From the NCBI GenBank assembly GCA_003220335.1, contig QHSB01000061.1:1-46628 (forward strand): 46,628 nt of DNA, written 5' to 3'. Positions 1 through 9,409 of this stretch are shown here, piece by piece. The position numbers were made by a program, and so were the translations under genes. The first letter of the stretch is position 1, and every line of letters begins with the position of its first letter. A model generated the notes under the pieces. It searched no databases. It was not told where the DNA came from and worked only from the letters and a program-made list of their open reading frames with translations. This DNA comes from Candidatus Rokuibacteriota bacterium (lineage in GTDB: Bacteria > Methylomirabilota > Methylomirabilia > Rokubacteriales > CSP1-6).

Positions 1-19
1 GTCCTGAGCTAGAGAGTCG

Positions 20-385
20 ATGACACGGCTCAACTCCCTTTTTGGTCACGGCGGCGAACCGGCGTTCGACGAGATCCGTCCACGACGAGCCGGTCGGCGC
101 GAAGTGCAAGTGGACCCGTGAATGGCGTGCCAGCCAGCGATGGATCGCAGGTGTCTCGTGCGTACGGGAATCACGGCACGCGGGCGTGGATCGTGTCGAG
201 CAACTTACCGAACTGTCGCGCCCGCTCCGCCGGTGAAACTCGCTGGTCACCTTGCCGCTCTTCGAATTGAGGCCGGCAACGAGCGTGGTCGTGCCGTCCC
301 GCGGGTCGTCGTGCGAGCACCGCTCGACTTGGCCCGGCTGCATCGGCAACACGGGCTCGTTCCAATCGAACGTCTGGAGCGTCTC
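20..385 (-). mobile_element. IS630-family transposase remnant (pseudogene)
   Basis: Minus-strand pieces in different frames read LQTFDWNEPVLPMQPGQVERCSHDDPRDGTTTLVAGLNSKSGKV / RARQFGKLLDTIHARVP* / THETPAIHRWLARHSRVHLHFAPTGSSWTDLVERRF. These match the IS630 DDE region (QALDRTQP.LP..PG..ER.THDY.RHGTT; HFTPT.SSWLN.VERWF). Frameshift, stop codon and loss of the LDN motif. Confidence 0.85.
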
Positions 386-571
386 GACAATCTCGATGCG
401 GATGCGGAGCGGGTGTTTGTTGCAACACTCGCAGAACCGGCGAAATGACCATCGTCGCACTCATGCATAGCGAGGCGTTGTATGCGATTGCGGCCCAGAC
501 TTTCATTGTCGATGCTGCGAGCGATCGAGTAGAGGAAGTTCCCGCGTGATCCCTGCGCCAGGTGACACTTT

Positions 572-1525
572 ATGAGACGGGTTGTGATCCTCGGCGCCAC
601 CGGAATGCTCGGGTCGACGCTCGTCGAGTATTTTTCGCGGACTAAAACATGCGAGTTGGTCGCGACCGGCCGAAACGCTGCAGAATTGAAATCGCTAGAG
701 CGTATCTATCCCAATATCCTCTGGAAATTCCTCGATGCGGAGATATCGACCGCCGCCGACGTGCGAGACGTTGCAGTGGGCGCCGCATGGGTCATCAATG
801 CGATCGGTTTGATCAAACAGCGAATCGTGGATACCGACGATGCCGGGGTTGAGAAGGCAATCCGCATCAACGGGTTATTCTCTCACGTCCTCGCGCACGC
901 AGCCGAATCGTCTGAATTTAAGATCATTCAGATCGCTACGGACTGCGTCTATTCGGGTGCCAGCGGCCGATACTCGGAGACGGCTGTGCATGATTGCCAT
1001 GATGTCTATGGCAAGTCGAAGAGCCTCGGCGAATTGCGCACCGAGCGAATGCGCATCCTGCGATGCTCGATCGTCGGACCGGAGCCGAAGTCGAATTTGT
1101 CCCTGCTAAATTGGTTCCTGAATCATGAGCAGAACAGCACCGTCAACGGCTACGTCAATCACGTTTGGAACGGGCTCACGGCATTGCACTTTGCGAGAAT
1201 CTGCGAAGCGGTCATCACGCATGACCTGGATACGCCGCATCTGCAGCACGTAGTTCCGGATGGGGAAATCACCAAGGAAGGATTGCTCCGGCTGTTCGCG
1301 CAAGCCTATGGTCGTTCCGACATTACGATTAACCGAATATCAGCTCAGGAAGCTATTAATCGAACATTGGCGACGGAGAATCCGGCGTCCAATCGCGCCC
1401 TTTGGGCGGCGGCAGGTTATCCGCGCGCGCCGACGATATCAGAGATGGTTATGGAGCTCGCCGAATATCAACGAAGTCGAGACGACCAGAAATCAAAACC
1501 CGCTGCTCTCCTAGTTAAGAGGTGA
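572..1525 (+). CDS. dTDP-4-dehydrorhamnose reductase-like SDR (RmlD family)
   Basis: GATGMLG Rossmann motif, INAIGLIK, IATDCVYSG, catalytic YGKSK; lies in the lower-GC cassette. Confidence 0.85.
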   Translation: MRRVVILGATGMLGSTLVEYFSRTKTCELVATGRNAAELKSLERIYPNILWKFLDAEISTAADVRDVAVGAAWVINAIGLIKQRIVDTDDAGVEKAIRINGLFSHVLAHAAESSEFKIIQIATDCVYSGASGRYSETAVHDCHDVYGKSKSLGELRTERMRILRCSIVGPEPKSNLSLLNWFLNHEQNSTVNGYVNHVWNGLTALHFARICEAVITHDLDTPHLQHVVPDGEITKEGLLRLFAQAYGRSDITINRISAQEAINRTLATENPASNRALWAAAGYPRAPTISEMVMELAEYQRSRDDQKSKPAALLVKR

Positions 1526-1526
1526 C

Positions 1527-2162
1527 ATGGGAAAGTTAGCCAATAAGATTTTCGCGCGTGCGGTATCGAAACTAAATCTGCCTTTCGTCGATCTTTCGAA
1601 CGGATATGCAAATAATTCCAAGTGGCACCAGGGCCTCATCATCCACCTCGCCAGCATCCTCCGGCCGCGCGTCTATCTGGAACTGGGAATTTTCAAATGT
1701 GGGTTGTTCAATCGCATGATCCCGTTCGCCGAGCAGCTGATCGGCGTGGACGCAAATCCAGAAGCGGGGAACCATATGGCCAGATCGTCCAAAGTACGTT
1801 TCGTCGCCACGACGACGTCGAACTTCGCGCAACGCTTGCGCAACGAGCCAATCAGCATCGATATGATGTTCATCGATGCCGATCATTCGCGCGAGGCGGT
1901 TGAGGAAGATTTTGCAAACTTCTTTCCCTTCGTGAAGCCGCATGGACTGATCCTGCTGCATGATACGCATCCGATGGATAACGCCGCGACATCGCAAGAG
2001 CGCTGTGGTGATGGGTATCAGGCGATCGAAAGCCTTTCGAGGAAATCCGAGCAATTCGAGATGATGACACTGCCCTGGCATCCCGGGCTAACTTTGTGTC
2101 GCAAGCGGACAGCTCAATTGGCGTGGCAAGAGAATTCAAGCGTGGTGCACACGTCAAAGTGA
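1527..2162 (+). CDS. Class I SAM-dependent methyltransferase (Methyltransf_24-like)
   Basis: YLELGIFKC motif I, IGVD, MFIDADHS, GLILLHDT. Confidence 0.85.
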   Translation: MGKLANKIFARAVSKLNLPFVDLSNGYANNSKWHQGLIIHLASILRPRVYLELGIFKCGLFNRMIPFAEQLIGVDANPEAGNHMARSSKVRFVATTTSNFAQRLRNEPISIDMMFIDADHSREAVEEDFANFFPFVKPHGLILLHDTHPMDNAATSQERCGDGYQAIESLSRKSEQFEMMTLPWHPGLTLCRKRTAQLAWQENSSVVHTSK

Positions 2163-3079
2163 ACCTCAACGTCCACGTCACTGTCTCGCGCAATTCGCTG
2201 CGATATTTCGTCTATATGCGGGCGAACTATGATGCGCTTACAAGCACTGAGAATTCGGTTCGCTTTCATGTCTATTGCCTGGATCGGCAAAGCGCGCTCA
2301 TTCTCAGACGGGACAATTCCGCTTTTGCAATAACTGAATTGCCCTATGGCCGCGGGTCCTGGGGGCATGCGCAAGCCATCGAGCGGGCGATACAGAGCAT
2401 CGTGCCGGCTGAAATCAATATTATTGCGGATTCTGACGTCGTGCTGCTGATGAAGAATTGGGACAAGCCTCTTGTCGAAGCAATGATCGAGAAAAAATCG
2501 TATGGGATCGTGGGCACACGCCTTGAAGATATCGGCGGGTTCAGCTCGGGCGATGGCAAATATCAGCAGTACAAGAAAAAGCCGACCACGACCTGGATGG
2601 CGTTATCGCCGTTCCATGATTTTAGCGCTCTTCAAGTCAGCCCAGACAAAAAGAACTTCATCGAAGTCACGGACGAAGACTTGGCGAAACTCTATAACCT
2701 TCCGACCGGATTCTTCGTGGTAAAGGATACCGGCTGGCAGATTCCCTCGTATCTCGATGATCGCAAGATTCCGTATTTTGCACTCGATATCGTCAAGCCA
2801 ACATCGACGGAAGCAAAAGCGCTCAAAGGCACAAATCCCTATCACGATGAGATTCAATGGAACGGGGCCCCCTATCTTGCGCATCAGCGTGGATCCATGA
2901 CGCACCGTTTTCGCATCGATCCTCTTTCAGTCGATTTCTACGATGCGTGCGATTCATTTCTCGGGAACCCGGGGTGGTCGGTGCAAGCGACATCAAGCGA
3001 TCGGATTCATGCGCGCCTGCAAGACGTCGTTCGATTTTGCAGAAAGTCAGCGTCGATGGCGCTCAAACCCTTCCGGTAA
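2159..3079 (+). CDS. Uncharacterised glycosyltransferase-like protein (GT-A-type DxD)
   Basis: GTG start overlaps the upstream TGA (GTGA), in frame with ORF 2096..3079. GSWGHAQAI and IIADSDVV (DxD) motifs. Homologous remnants at 17852-18312 and ~19330-19598. Confidence 0.6.
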   Translation: MNLNVHVTVSRNSLRYFVYMRANYDALTSTENSVRFHVYCLDRQSALILRRDNSAFAITELPYGRGSWGHAQAIERAIQSIVPAEINIIADSDVVLLMKNWDKPLVEAMIEKKSYGIVGTRLEDIGGFSSGDGKYQQYKKKPTTTWMALSPFHDFSALQVSPDKKNFIEVTDEDLAKLYNLPTGFFVVKDTGWQIPSYLDDRKIPYFALDIVKPTSTEAKALKGTNPYHDEIQWNGAPYLAHQRGSMTHRFRIDPLSVDFYDACDSFLGNPGWSVQATSSDRIHARLQDVVRFCRKSASMALKPFR

Positions 3080-3258
3080 GACGCGGTGCTGAATTCCGTC
3101 TCCGAGAAGCGGACCGAGCTGACGCCGCAGAGCCCGCCAGGTGGGGCCGAGGAGCAGGACGCCACCCTTGCCAAGACGTGGTGTTCTCGGGGGCCGTGCG
3201 ACGAGATGGTGCGTCGCAAGGAACCTTGGGCCCGCTGATTAAGAGCATCAGTCCGTGC

Positions 3259-3906
3259 TCACACGGGCCATCGCACCGCCTCGAAGTGTGGCACCGCGCG
3301 CTCCGCGCCTGCCCCCACCAGCTCGTCGGCGGTGTGGGCGGTGGTGACGCCGATGACGCGCATGCCGGCCGCGCGCGCCGCCTGCACGCCGACGATCGCA
3401 TCCTCGAAGACGAGACACGCGCGCGGCTCGACACCGAGGCCCTCGGCCGCCTTCAGGTAGACCTCGGGATGCGGCTTGCCCCGGCGCACGTCGTCGGCGG
3501 TGATGGCGAGCTCGATGAGGCGGCGCAGGCCGAGGGCGTCGAGCACGCGCTCGAGGTCGCGGCGCGTCGCGGAGGTGGCGACGGCGCGCGGCACCCCCGC
3601 GCGCGCGAGCGCCTCGACGAACGCGCCCGCGCCGGCCACGGCGACGGCGCCGCGGCGCGCGAGCCGCGTGTAGTGCTCGCGCTTGAGATCGGCGAGGCGG
3701 CGCGCCTCTCCGCGATCGATGCCGTCGACGAGCAGGGCCACCGCCTCCTCGGCGGGCCGGCCGATGGTGAGGCGCCAGAACTCCGGCGGCGGCGTCAGGC
3801 CGCAGTCACGGCACATGGCCACCCACGCCTCGCGGTGGTGCGCGCCGGAGTCGACGAGCACGCCGTCCATGTCGAACACGACGGCGTGTGGCGCCGCCGC
3901 GCTCAC
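3259..3906 (-). CDS. HAD-family phosphatase (beta-phosphoglucomutase/CbbY-like)
   Basis: FDMDGVLVDS motif I, AVATS, GKPHPEVY, FEDAIVG. Confidence 0.9.
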   Translation of the reverse strand: MSAAAPHAVVFDMDGVLVDSGAHHREAWVAMCRDCGLTPPPEFWRLTIGRPAEEAVALLVDGIDRGEARRLADLKREHYTRLARRGAVAVAGAGAFVEALARAGVPRAVATSATRRDLERVLDALGLRRLIELAITADDVRRGKPHPEVYLKAAEGLGVEPRACLVFEDAIVGVQAARAAGMRVIGVTTAHTADELVGAGAERAVPHFEAVRWPV

Positions 3907-4532
3907 TTCAAGCGATAGAGGGGAGCGAGCGCGCGAAAGGTCTCGAGAGCCGTGTCACGGTACTGCGCCTCCGTCCAGCGGGCCGCCTGCTCCGCCGGCA
4001 CGACGCGCCCGAGCACGAGCTGGCCATCGCGTGTGCGCGTCAGCTCGTCGGCCAGCTCGGCGAGGCGCTCGGGACTGAGATCGGCGAGCGGCGCGGCCGC
4101 CTCCTCGTCGTGCTCGTTCTTGAACCAGGCCAGACCCTTCACGCGGCGGAGGACGGGGGCGAGTCTCGGCGCGTTCCGCTTCCAGGCGGCCGCCCAGCGC
4201 TTCTTGTCGGCGTGCTCCGGCCCCACCTCGAAGAGGAAGCGGACGGCGCGGCGCGAGACGGCCACCTTAAAGTGGCAGTGCTTCTTGTAGCCGCGCGCAT
4301 CGGGGCCGAAGGCCACCCAGGTGTCCTCGGGCGGGTTGACGGTGCGGCGCGCGTGCTTGGCGACGTGCGCGTACGCGTCGCCGCCGGTGGCGCGGCTCAC
4401 CGCCGGCGTCAGGCTGTGGCCGACCGCCTCGAGCTTGGGACGGATGCGCGCGCGGATGGCGCCCATGCGGGCGCGGAAGCCCTGCTCGTCGAAGACCTTG
4501 AAGTCGGTGGCGTAGAAGGCAGGAGACGGCAT
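3903..4532 (-). CDS. DUF1054 / YktB-family protein
   Basis: C-terminal part of ORF 3903..5213 from ATG 4532: DFKVF...IRPKL...HVAKHARRTVNPPEDTWVAF...RGYKKHCHF, typical of YktB/DUF1054. Confidence 0.8.
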   Translation of the reverse strand: MPSPAFYATDFKVFDEQGFRARMGAIRARIRPKLEAVGHSLTPAVSRATGGDAYAHVAKHARRTVNPPEDTWVAFGPDARGYKKHCHFKVAVSRRAVRFLFEVGPEHADKKRWAAAWKRNAPRLAPVLRRVKGLAWFKNEHDEEAAAPLADLSPERLAELADELTRTRDGQLVLGRVVPAEQAARWTEAQYRDTALETFRALAPLYRLK

Positions 4533-4652
4533 GGCGACTCTCCTCGAAAGCGGCGACGCGGCCGTGACGAGCGATGGAACAGCGGGGCATAGTGTAATGG
4601 CTCGGATGGCGCGAGGCAACGCGAATCGCCTCGCCGAGAAAGGAGCGAGGGA

Positions 4653-5030
4653 ATGACGGACGTCTCGTGCTTCCATCATCTGAAGACGGGCGGCATCGAA
4701 CGGCAGCTCGCGCCCGGCGTGAGCGCACGCGTGTTCCCCGGTGTGCACGCGATGCTCTCCGTGGTCACGCTGGAGCCCGGCGCGGTCTCGCCGGTGCACG
4801 CGCACCCCAACGAGCAGTGGGGCGTGTGCCTCGAGGGCGAATGGATCCGCGTCCAGGACGGCGTCGAGCATCACGTGAAGGCCGGCGACTTCTGGCAGAC
4901 GCCGCCGAACGTGCCGCACGGCGGCCGCGCGCTCGGCGTGCGCTGCGTCGTGCTCGACATCTTCGCGCCGCCGCGCGAGGAGTACCGGCGGGCGGGCGCG
5001 GGGCTGGGCGCGGCGACCCTCGCACACTGA
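4653..5030 (+). CDS. Cupin domain protein
   Basis: HAHPNEQ and PPNVPHG cupin motifs; LDIFAPPREEY; purine-rich SD-like sequence upstream. Confidence 0.85.
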   Translation: MTDVSCFHHLKTGGIERQLAPGVSARVFPGVHAMLSVVTLEPGAVSPVHAHPNEQWGVCLEGEWIRVQDGVEHHVKAGDFWQTPPNVPHGGRALGVRCVVLDIFAPPREEYRRAGAGLGAATLAH

Positions 5031-5033
5031 CGC

Positions 5034-5109
5034 GGTCGCCCGCGCGGCGACCGGTGGCGCCGGGGCGGGACCTGACCGGTTCCACCGGCCACCCGCCCCG
5101 GCGCCACCG
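5034..5109. repeat. GC-rich double hairpin downstream of the cupin gene (terminator- or REP-like)
   Basis: Perfect 18-bp inverted repeat CGGTGGCGCCGGGGCGGG (5052-5069) / CCCGCCCCGGCGCCACCG (5092-5109) with inner stem CCGGT/ACCGG, preceded by GGTCGCC/GGCGACC; no U-tract. Confidence 0.6.
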
Positions 5110-5187
5110 TCGTCTGCGCGCCGTCCGCCCCTCAGCATCCGTGGTCGACGACTCGCTCCGCGCCTGGCCTGTCCCTTCGAGGGCAGG

Positions 5188-5196
5188 TGATACAAT
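5188..5196 (+). promoter_or_regulatory. Extended -10 element (TGa-TACAAT), 6 nt before the GTG start; putative leaderless promoter
   Basis: TGATACAAT-ccgcgc-GTG(5203); no SD in between. Confidence 0.55.
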
Positions 5197-5202
5197 CCGC
5201 GC

Positions 5203-6038
5203 GTGGCGGACATCTATGTGGTGACGGGGGGCGCGGGGTTCATCGGGAGCCATGTCGTGGAGCGGCTGCTCGCCGATCATCCGACGGCGCGCGTGCGCGT
5301 CTTCGACGACTTCTCGTCGGGCTCGATGACCAACCTGCCCTTCGCGGCCGCCGCCGGCGAGCGGCTCGAGGTGGTGCGCGGCGACGTGCGCGACCTCGCG
5401 GCGATGGAGCGCGTGGCGCGCAACGCGTCGGTGATCTTCCACCAGGCGGCCATGCGCTCGGTGCCGCGCTCCGTGAACGATCCGCTCGGCGCCAACGACC
5501 ACAACGTCAACGGCACCCTGCACGTGCTCGAGGCCGCGCGGCGGGCCGCCGTCAGGCGCGTGGTCTACGCGTCGTCGTCCTCGGTCTACGGCGACAACCC
5601 GGCGCTGCCCAAGCGCGAAGACCAGACGATGGCGCCGATCTCGCCGTACGCGGTGTCGAAGGCCGCCAACGAGATGTACGCGACGGTGTGGACGCGGCTC
5701 TACGGCGTCGAGACGGTCGGGTTGCGCTACTTCAACGTCTTCGGGCCGCGGCAGGACCCCGCCTCCGAGTACGCGGCGGTCATCCCGCGCTTCATCCTGT
5801 GGGGCCTGCGGGGCGAGCCGCTGGAGGTGCACGGCGACGGCCAGCAGTCGCGCGACTTCACCTACATCGACAACGTGGTGGAGGGCGCGCGCTGCCGCGC
5901 CGCCACACGCCGAGCCGCGCGGGCGACGTGCCGCACACGCTGGCCGACATCGGCAAGGCCAAGCGCTTGATGGACTACACGCCGCTCGTGGACTTCGACG
6001 AAGGGCTGCGCCGCACCGTGGACTTCTTCAAGCAATAG
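5203..6038 (+). pseudogene. NAD-dependent UDP-sugar 4-epimerase (WbpP/TviC-like) with internal deletion and frameshift near 5883
   Basis: GGAGFIG, ASSSSVYG, YAVSK, YFNVFGPRQDP and SRDFTYIDNVVE in one frame; the C-terminus RAGDVPHTLADIGKAKRLMDYTPLVDFDEGLRRTVDFF is in another frame; the usual ANLLA...GEVFNIA segment is missing. Confidence 0.85.
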
Positions 6039-6054
6039 CCGGAGGGTTCGCCTC

Positions 6055-7548
6055 ATGCGCCGAACCGTCGCCCCCGTCGTCCTCGTCGCGCTGCTCGCGC
6101 TCGCCGCCTCCTGGGGTCCCGTGGCTGCGCAGGCACCGCGCGCGCTCGTCGTGCAGGCCGCCACCGAGCCGCCCGGCCTCGACCTCACGGCCACCCCGGC
6201 CTCCGCGACGGCGGGCGTCGTCCTCTACAACGTCCAGGAGTGCCTGGTGAAGGTGGACTCGCACGGCAAGCTCGTGCCGTGGCTGGCCGAGCGCTGGCAC
6301 ACCGCCGACGACCGCAATTACACCTTCTTTCTGAAGAAGGGCGTGCGCTTCCACAACGGCCGCGAGCTGAAGGCCGCCGACGTGAAGTTCGTCATCGAGC
6401 GCGCGATGAACCCCGAGACGAAGCACCCGTATCCGCAGTACTACGCGGCCATCGGCGACATCATCGTGAAGGACGACTACACGATCACGTTCTCGCTCAA
6501 GACGCCGTCCGCGAACTTCCTGCTGAACCTGGCGCGGCAGGGCTCCGTCATCTACCCGCGCGAGGCGGTGGACACGCTGAAGTCGGCCCCGGTCGGCACC
6601 GGGCCGTTCACGCTGGCCGACTGGGTTCGCGGCGACAAGATCGTGCTCAAGCGCAACCCCGAGTACCACGTGAAGGGCCTGCCGAGACTCGACCAGGTGA
6701 CCTTCCGCTTCATCGCCGATCCCAACGCGGCGCTGGCCGCGCTGAAGGCCGGCGACATCGACGCCTCCCTGTTCGGCCTCGGCCCCGAGCACGTGGCCGA
6801 GCTGCGCAAGGATCCGCGCTTCGAGGTCACCGTCGGCGAGACGACCAACGACGTCATCATGGCCATGAACAACGGCAAGAAGCCGTTCAGCGACGTCCGC
6901 GTGCGCCGCGCCATCACGTACGGTATCAATCGGCCCGAGGTCGTGAAGCTCGCCATGTTCGGGCTGGGCCGCGTGATCGGCTCCAACGTGGATCCGCTCA
7001 ACCCGTACTTCGTGGACCTCGCCAGCGCGATGCCGTATGACCCCGCGCGGGCCAAGAAGCTCCTCGCCGAGGCCGGCTACGCGAACGGCTTCGAGGCCGT
7101 GCTCAAGGTCGCGCCGCAGTACTACTACACGGTGCGCTCGGGCGAGGTGATCGTCGAGCAGCTGGCGAAGATCGGCGTGCGCGTGAAGATCGAGCAGATC
7201 GAGTGGGGCCAGTGGCTGTCGCGCGTGTGGAAGGAAGCCGACTACGACCTGACCATCATCGGGCACGCCGAGGCGTGGGACATCGCCAACTACGCCAACC
7301 CGAAGTACTACTTCCGTTACGACAGCGCGAGCTTCCAGGATCTCTTCAAGAAGTCCGAGGTCACCCTCGACGACAAGGCGCGCCGCGACCTCTACGTCCA
7401 GATGCAGAAGATGCTCGTCGAGGACGCGCCGGCGGTCTTCCTCTTCATCCACCCGCGCCTGGTGGCGGCCAAGAAGGGCGTGACCGGGATCTGGAAGGAC
7501 CTGCCGATCCCGTCGGCGGACCTCTCGGAGGTCGGCTGGTCCAAGTAA
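6055..7548 (+). CDS. ABC transporter substrate-binding protein, family 5 (DppA/OppA-like)
   Basis: Signal peptide, PWLAERW, GVRFHNG, PVGTGPF, DVRVRRAI, YDPARAKKLLAEAG; GGAGG SD. Confidence 0.92.
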   Translation: MRRTVAPVVLVALLALAASWGPVAAQAPRALVVQAATEPPGLDLTATPASATAGVVLYNVQECLVKVDSHGKLVPWLAERWHTADDRNYTFFLKKGVRFHNGRELKAADVKFVIERAMNPETKHPYPQYYAAIGDIIVKDDYTITFSLKTPSANFLLNLARQGSVIYPREAVDTLKSAPVGTGPFTLADWVRGDKIVLKRNPEYHVKGLPRLDQVTFRFIADPNAALAALKAGDIDASLFGLGPEHVAELRKDPRFEVTVGETTNDVIMAMNNGKKPFSDVRVRRAITYGINRPEVVKLAMFGLGRVIGSNVDPLNPYFVDLASAMPYDPARAKKLLAEAGYANGFEAVLKVAPQYYYTVRSGEVIVEQLAKIGVRVKIEQIEWGQWLSRVWKEADYDLTIIGHAEAWDIANYANPKYYFRYDSASFQDLFKKSEVTLDDKARRDLYVQMQKMLVEDAPAVFLFIHPRLVAAKKGVTGIWKDLPIPSADLSEVGWSK

Positions 7549-7552
7549 CCGC

Positions 7553-8497
7553 GTGAGGCGCTATGTGGCCCGGCGGGTCGCCGCCTTCGTGGCGACCCTC
7601 GTGTTCCTCTCCGCGCTGGTCTTCGTCGTCGTCCGCGTCCTGCCAGGCGATCCCGCCGCGCTCATCCTCGGCGTCGAGAGCAATCCCGAGACGGTCGCGC
7701 GCCTGCGCCAGGCGCTGGGGCTCGACCGGCCGCTGGCCGTGCAGTACGTCGACTGGCTCGCGCGCGCGGCGCGCGGCGACCTCGGCACCTCCATCCAGTA
7801 CGATGTCCCCGTCGGCCGCCTCATCCTCTCGCGGCTGCCGGTGACGCTGCCGCTGGCCCTCATGGCGGCCGCCATCATGATCGCCGTCGCGCTGCCGCTC
7901 GGCGTCTACGCGGCCACGCGGCACCGGCGGGCGGGCGACTACGCGGCGATGCTCGTCTCGCAGCTCGGCATCGCGGTGCCCGCCTTCTGGTCGGGGCTGC
8001 TCCTCATCCTCCTGTTCTCCGTGCGGCTGGGCTGGTTCCGCTCCGGCGGCTTCGACGGCTGGAGCGCGGGCGTGGTGGCGGGCGTCAAGGCGCTGCTGCT
8101 CCCCGCGATCGCGCTGGGCGCCTTCCAGGCGGCCGTGCTCGTGCGCGCCACGCGCTCGGCCGTCCTCGACGTGCTGCGCGAGGACTACGTGCGCACCGCG
8201 CGCGCCAAGGGGGTGGCCGAGGGCCGCGTCGTCGCGCGCCACGCGCTCCGCAACGCGATGATCCCGATCGTCACCGTGATGGGCATCCAGCTCGGCCAGC
8301 TCATCGCCGGCGCCATCGTGCTGGAGTCGGTGTTCGCGCTGCCCGGGCTGGGGCGGCTCGCCCTCGTCGCCATCGGCGCGCGCGACCTGCCGGTGGTGCA
8401 GGGGGTGACGCTCTTCGTGGCGGCCTCGATCGTCTTCATCAACTTCGCGGTGGACCTGGCCTACGCCGCGCTCGACCCGCGCATCCGGTATGAGTAG
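7553..8497 (+). CDS. ABC transporter permease (DppB/OppB-like)
   Basis: LPGDPA, GDLGTS, EDYVRTARAKG (EAA loop), HALRNA, ESVFALPGLG, DPRIRY. Confidence 0.92.
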   Translation: MRRYVARRVAAFVATLVFLSALVFVVVRVLPGDPAALILGVESNPETVARLRQALGLDRPLAVQYVDWLARAARGDLGTSIQYDVPVGRLILSRLPVTLPLALMAAAIMIAVALPLGVYAATRHRRAGDYAAMLVSQLGIAVPAFWSGLLLILLFSVRLGWFRSGGFDGWSAGVVAGVKALLLPAIALGAFQAAVLVRATRSAVLDVLREDYVRTARAKGVAEGRVVARHALRNAMIPIVTVMGIQLGQLIAGAIVLESVFALPGLGRLALVAIGARDLPVVQGVTLFVAASIVFINFAVDLAYAALDPRIRYE

Positions 8498-9302
8498 GCG
8501 TCGCCACCTGACGTTCGTGCTCGGCGCCGTCATCAGCCTCGCGCTCGCCGCCACCGCCGCCCTCAGCCTCGTCTACACGCCGCGCGATCCGCTGGCCATG
8601 GCGGGCGCCGCGCGCCTGCAGGGGCCGTCGCGCGCGTACCCGTTCGGCACCGATCAGTACGGCCGCGACGTGCTCTCGCGGGTGATGGCGGGCGCGCCGA
8701 CCTCGATCGCCGTCGGCGTCATCGCCGTCGGCATCGGCGCCCTCGTGGGCATCGTGCTCGGGCTGGCCAGCGGCTGGGTCGGCGGCTGGCTCGACGAGGG
8801 GGCGATGCGGCTCGTGGACGCGGTGCAGGGCTTCCCGGCCATTCTTTCCGCGCTGCTCTTCACCGCGGTGTTCGCGCCCGGCATCGGCATCAGCATGGTC
8901 GCCATCGGCATCGCCTTCGTGCCCGTCTTCGCGCGGCTCACGCGCGGCGCCGTGCTGGAGCTCCGCGACCGCGAGTTCGTCGTCGCCGCCCGCGCGCTGG
9001 GCGCGCGCGACCTCCGGCTGGTGCTGCGCCACATCCTGCCGAACACGATGGCGCCCCTGATCGTCCAGGCGACCACGAGCTTCCCCGTCGCCATCCTGGC
9101 CGAGGCGGCGCTGGCCTACCTGGGGCTCGGCACCCAGCCGCCGCACCCGTCGTGGGGTCTCATGCTCAAGGAGGCGCAGAACTTTCTCGGCATGAACCCA
9201 TGGTTCGCGGTGTTCCCGGGGGGCGCCATCGCGGTGGCTGTCCTCGGGCTCAACCTGTTAGGCGACGGCCTCCGGGACCTCCTGGATCCCAAAGCGGCGT
9301 AG
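8490..9302 (+). CDS. ABC transporter permease (DppC/OppC-like)
   Basis: FGTDQYGRDVLSR, EFVVAARALGA, RHILPN, YLGLG..PP.PSWG, GDGLRDLLDP. Confidence 0.92.
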   Translation: MSRRRHLTFVLGAVISLALAATAALSLVYTPRDPLAMAGAARLQGPSRAYPFGTDQYGRDVLSRVMAGAPTSIAVGVIAVGIGALVGIVLGLASGWVGGWLDEGAMRLVDAVQGFPAILSALLFTAVFAPGIGISMVAIGIAFVPVFARLTRGAVLELRDREFVVAARALGARDLRLVLRHILPNTMAPLIVQATTSFPVAILAEAALAYLGLGTQPPHPSWGLMLKEAQNFLGMNPWFAVFPGGAIAVAVLGLNLLGDGLRDLLDPKAA

Positions 9303-9303
9303 G

Positions 9304-9333
9304 TTGACATACCCGTGACCCTGCCCGTATCGT
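9304..9333 (+). promoter_or_regulatory. Sigma70-type promoter for yjbQ
   Basis: TTGACA (9304-9309), 18-bp spacer, TATCGT (9328-9333). Confidence 0.6.
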
Positions 9334-9409
9334 AGCGGGTGGTCTTGGCGCGGCCCCGCTGGCGCTTCCGCTAGCGAAAACAAGCTGATCCCCCGGGGAG
9401 AGAGAGCGG

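Noticed and set aside
42-600. Short ORFs 42..236, 122..448, 252..470 and 247..600 as genes
   Set aside because: They are antisense or out-of-frame readings of the IS630 remnant and adjacent intergenic DNA.
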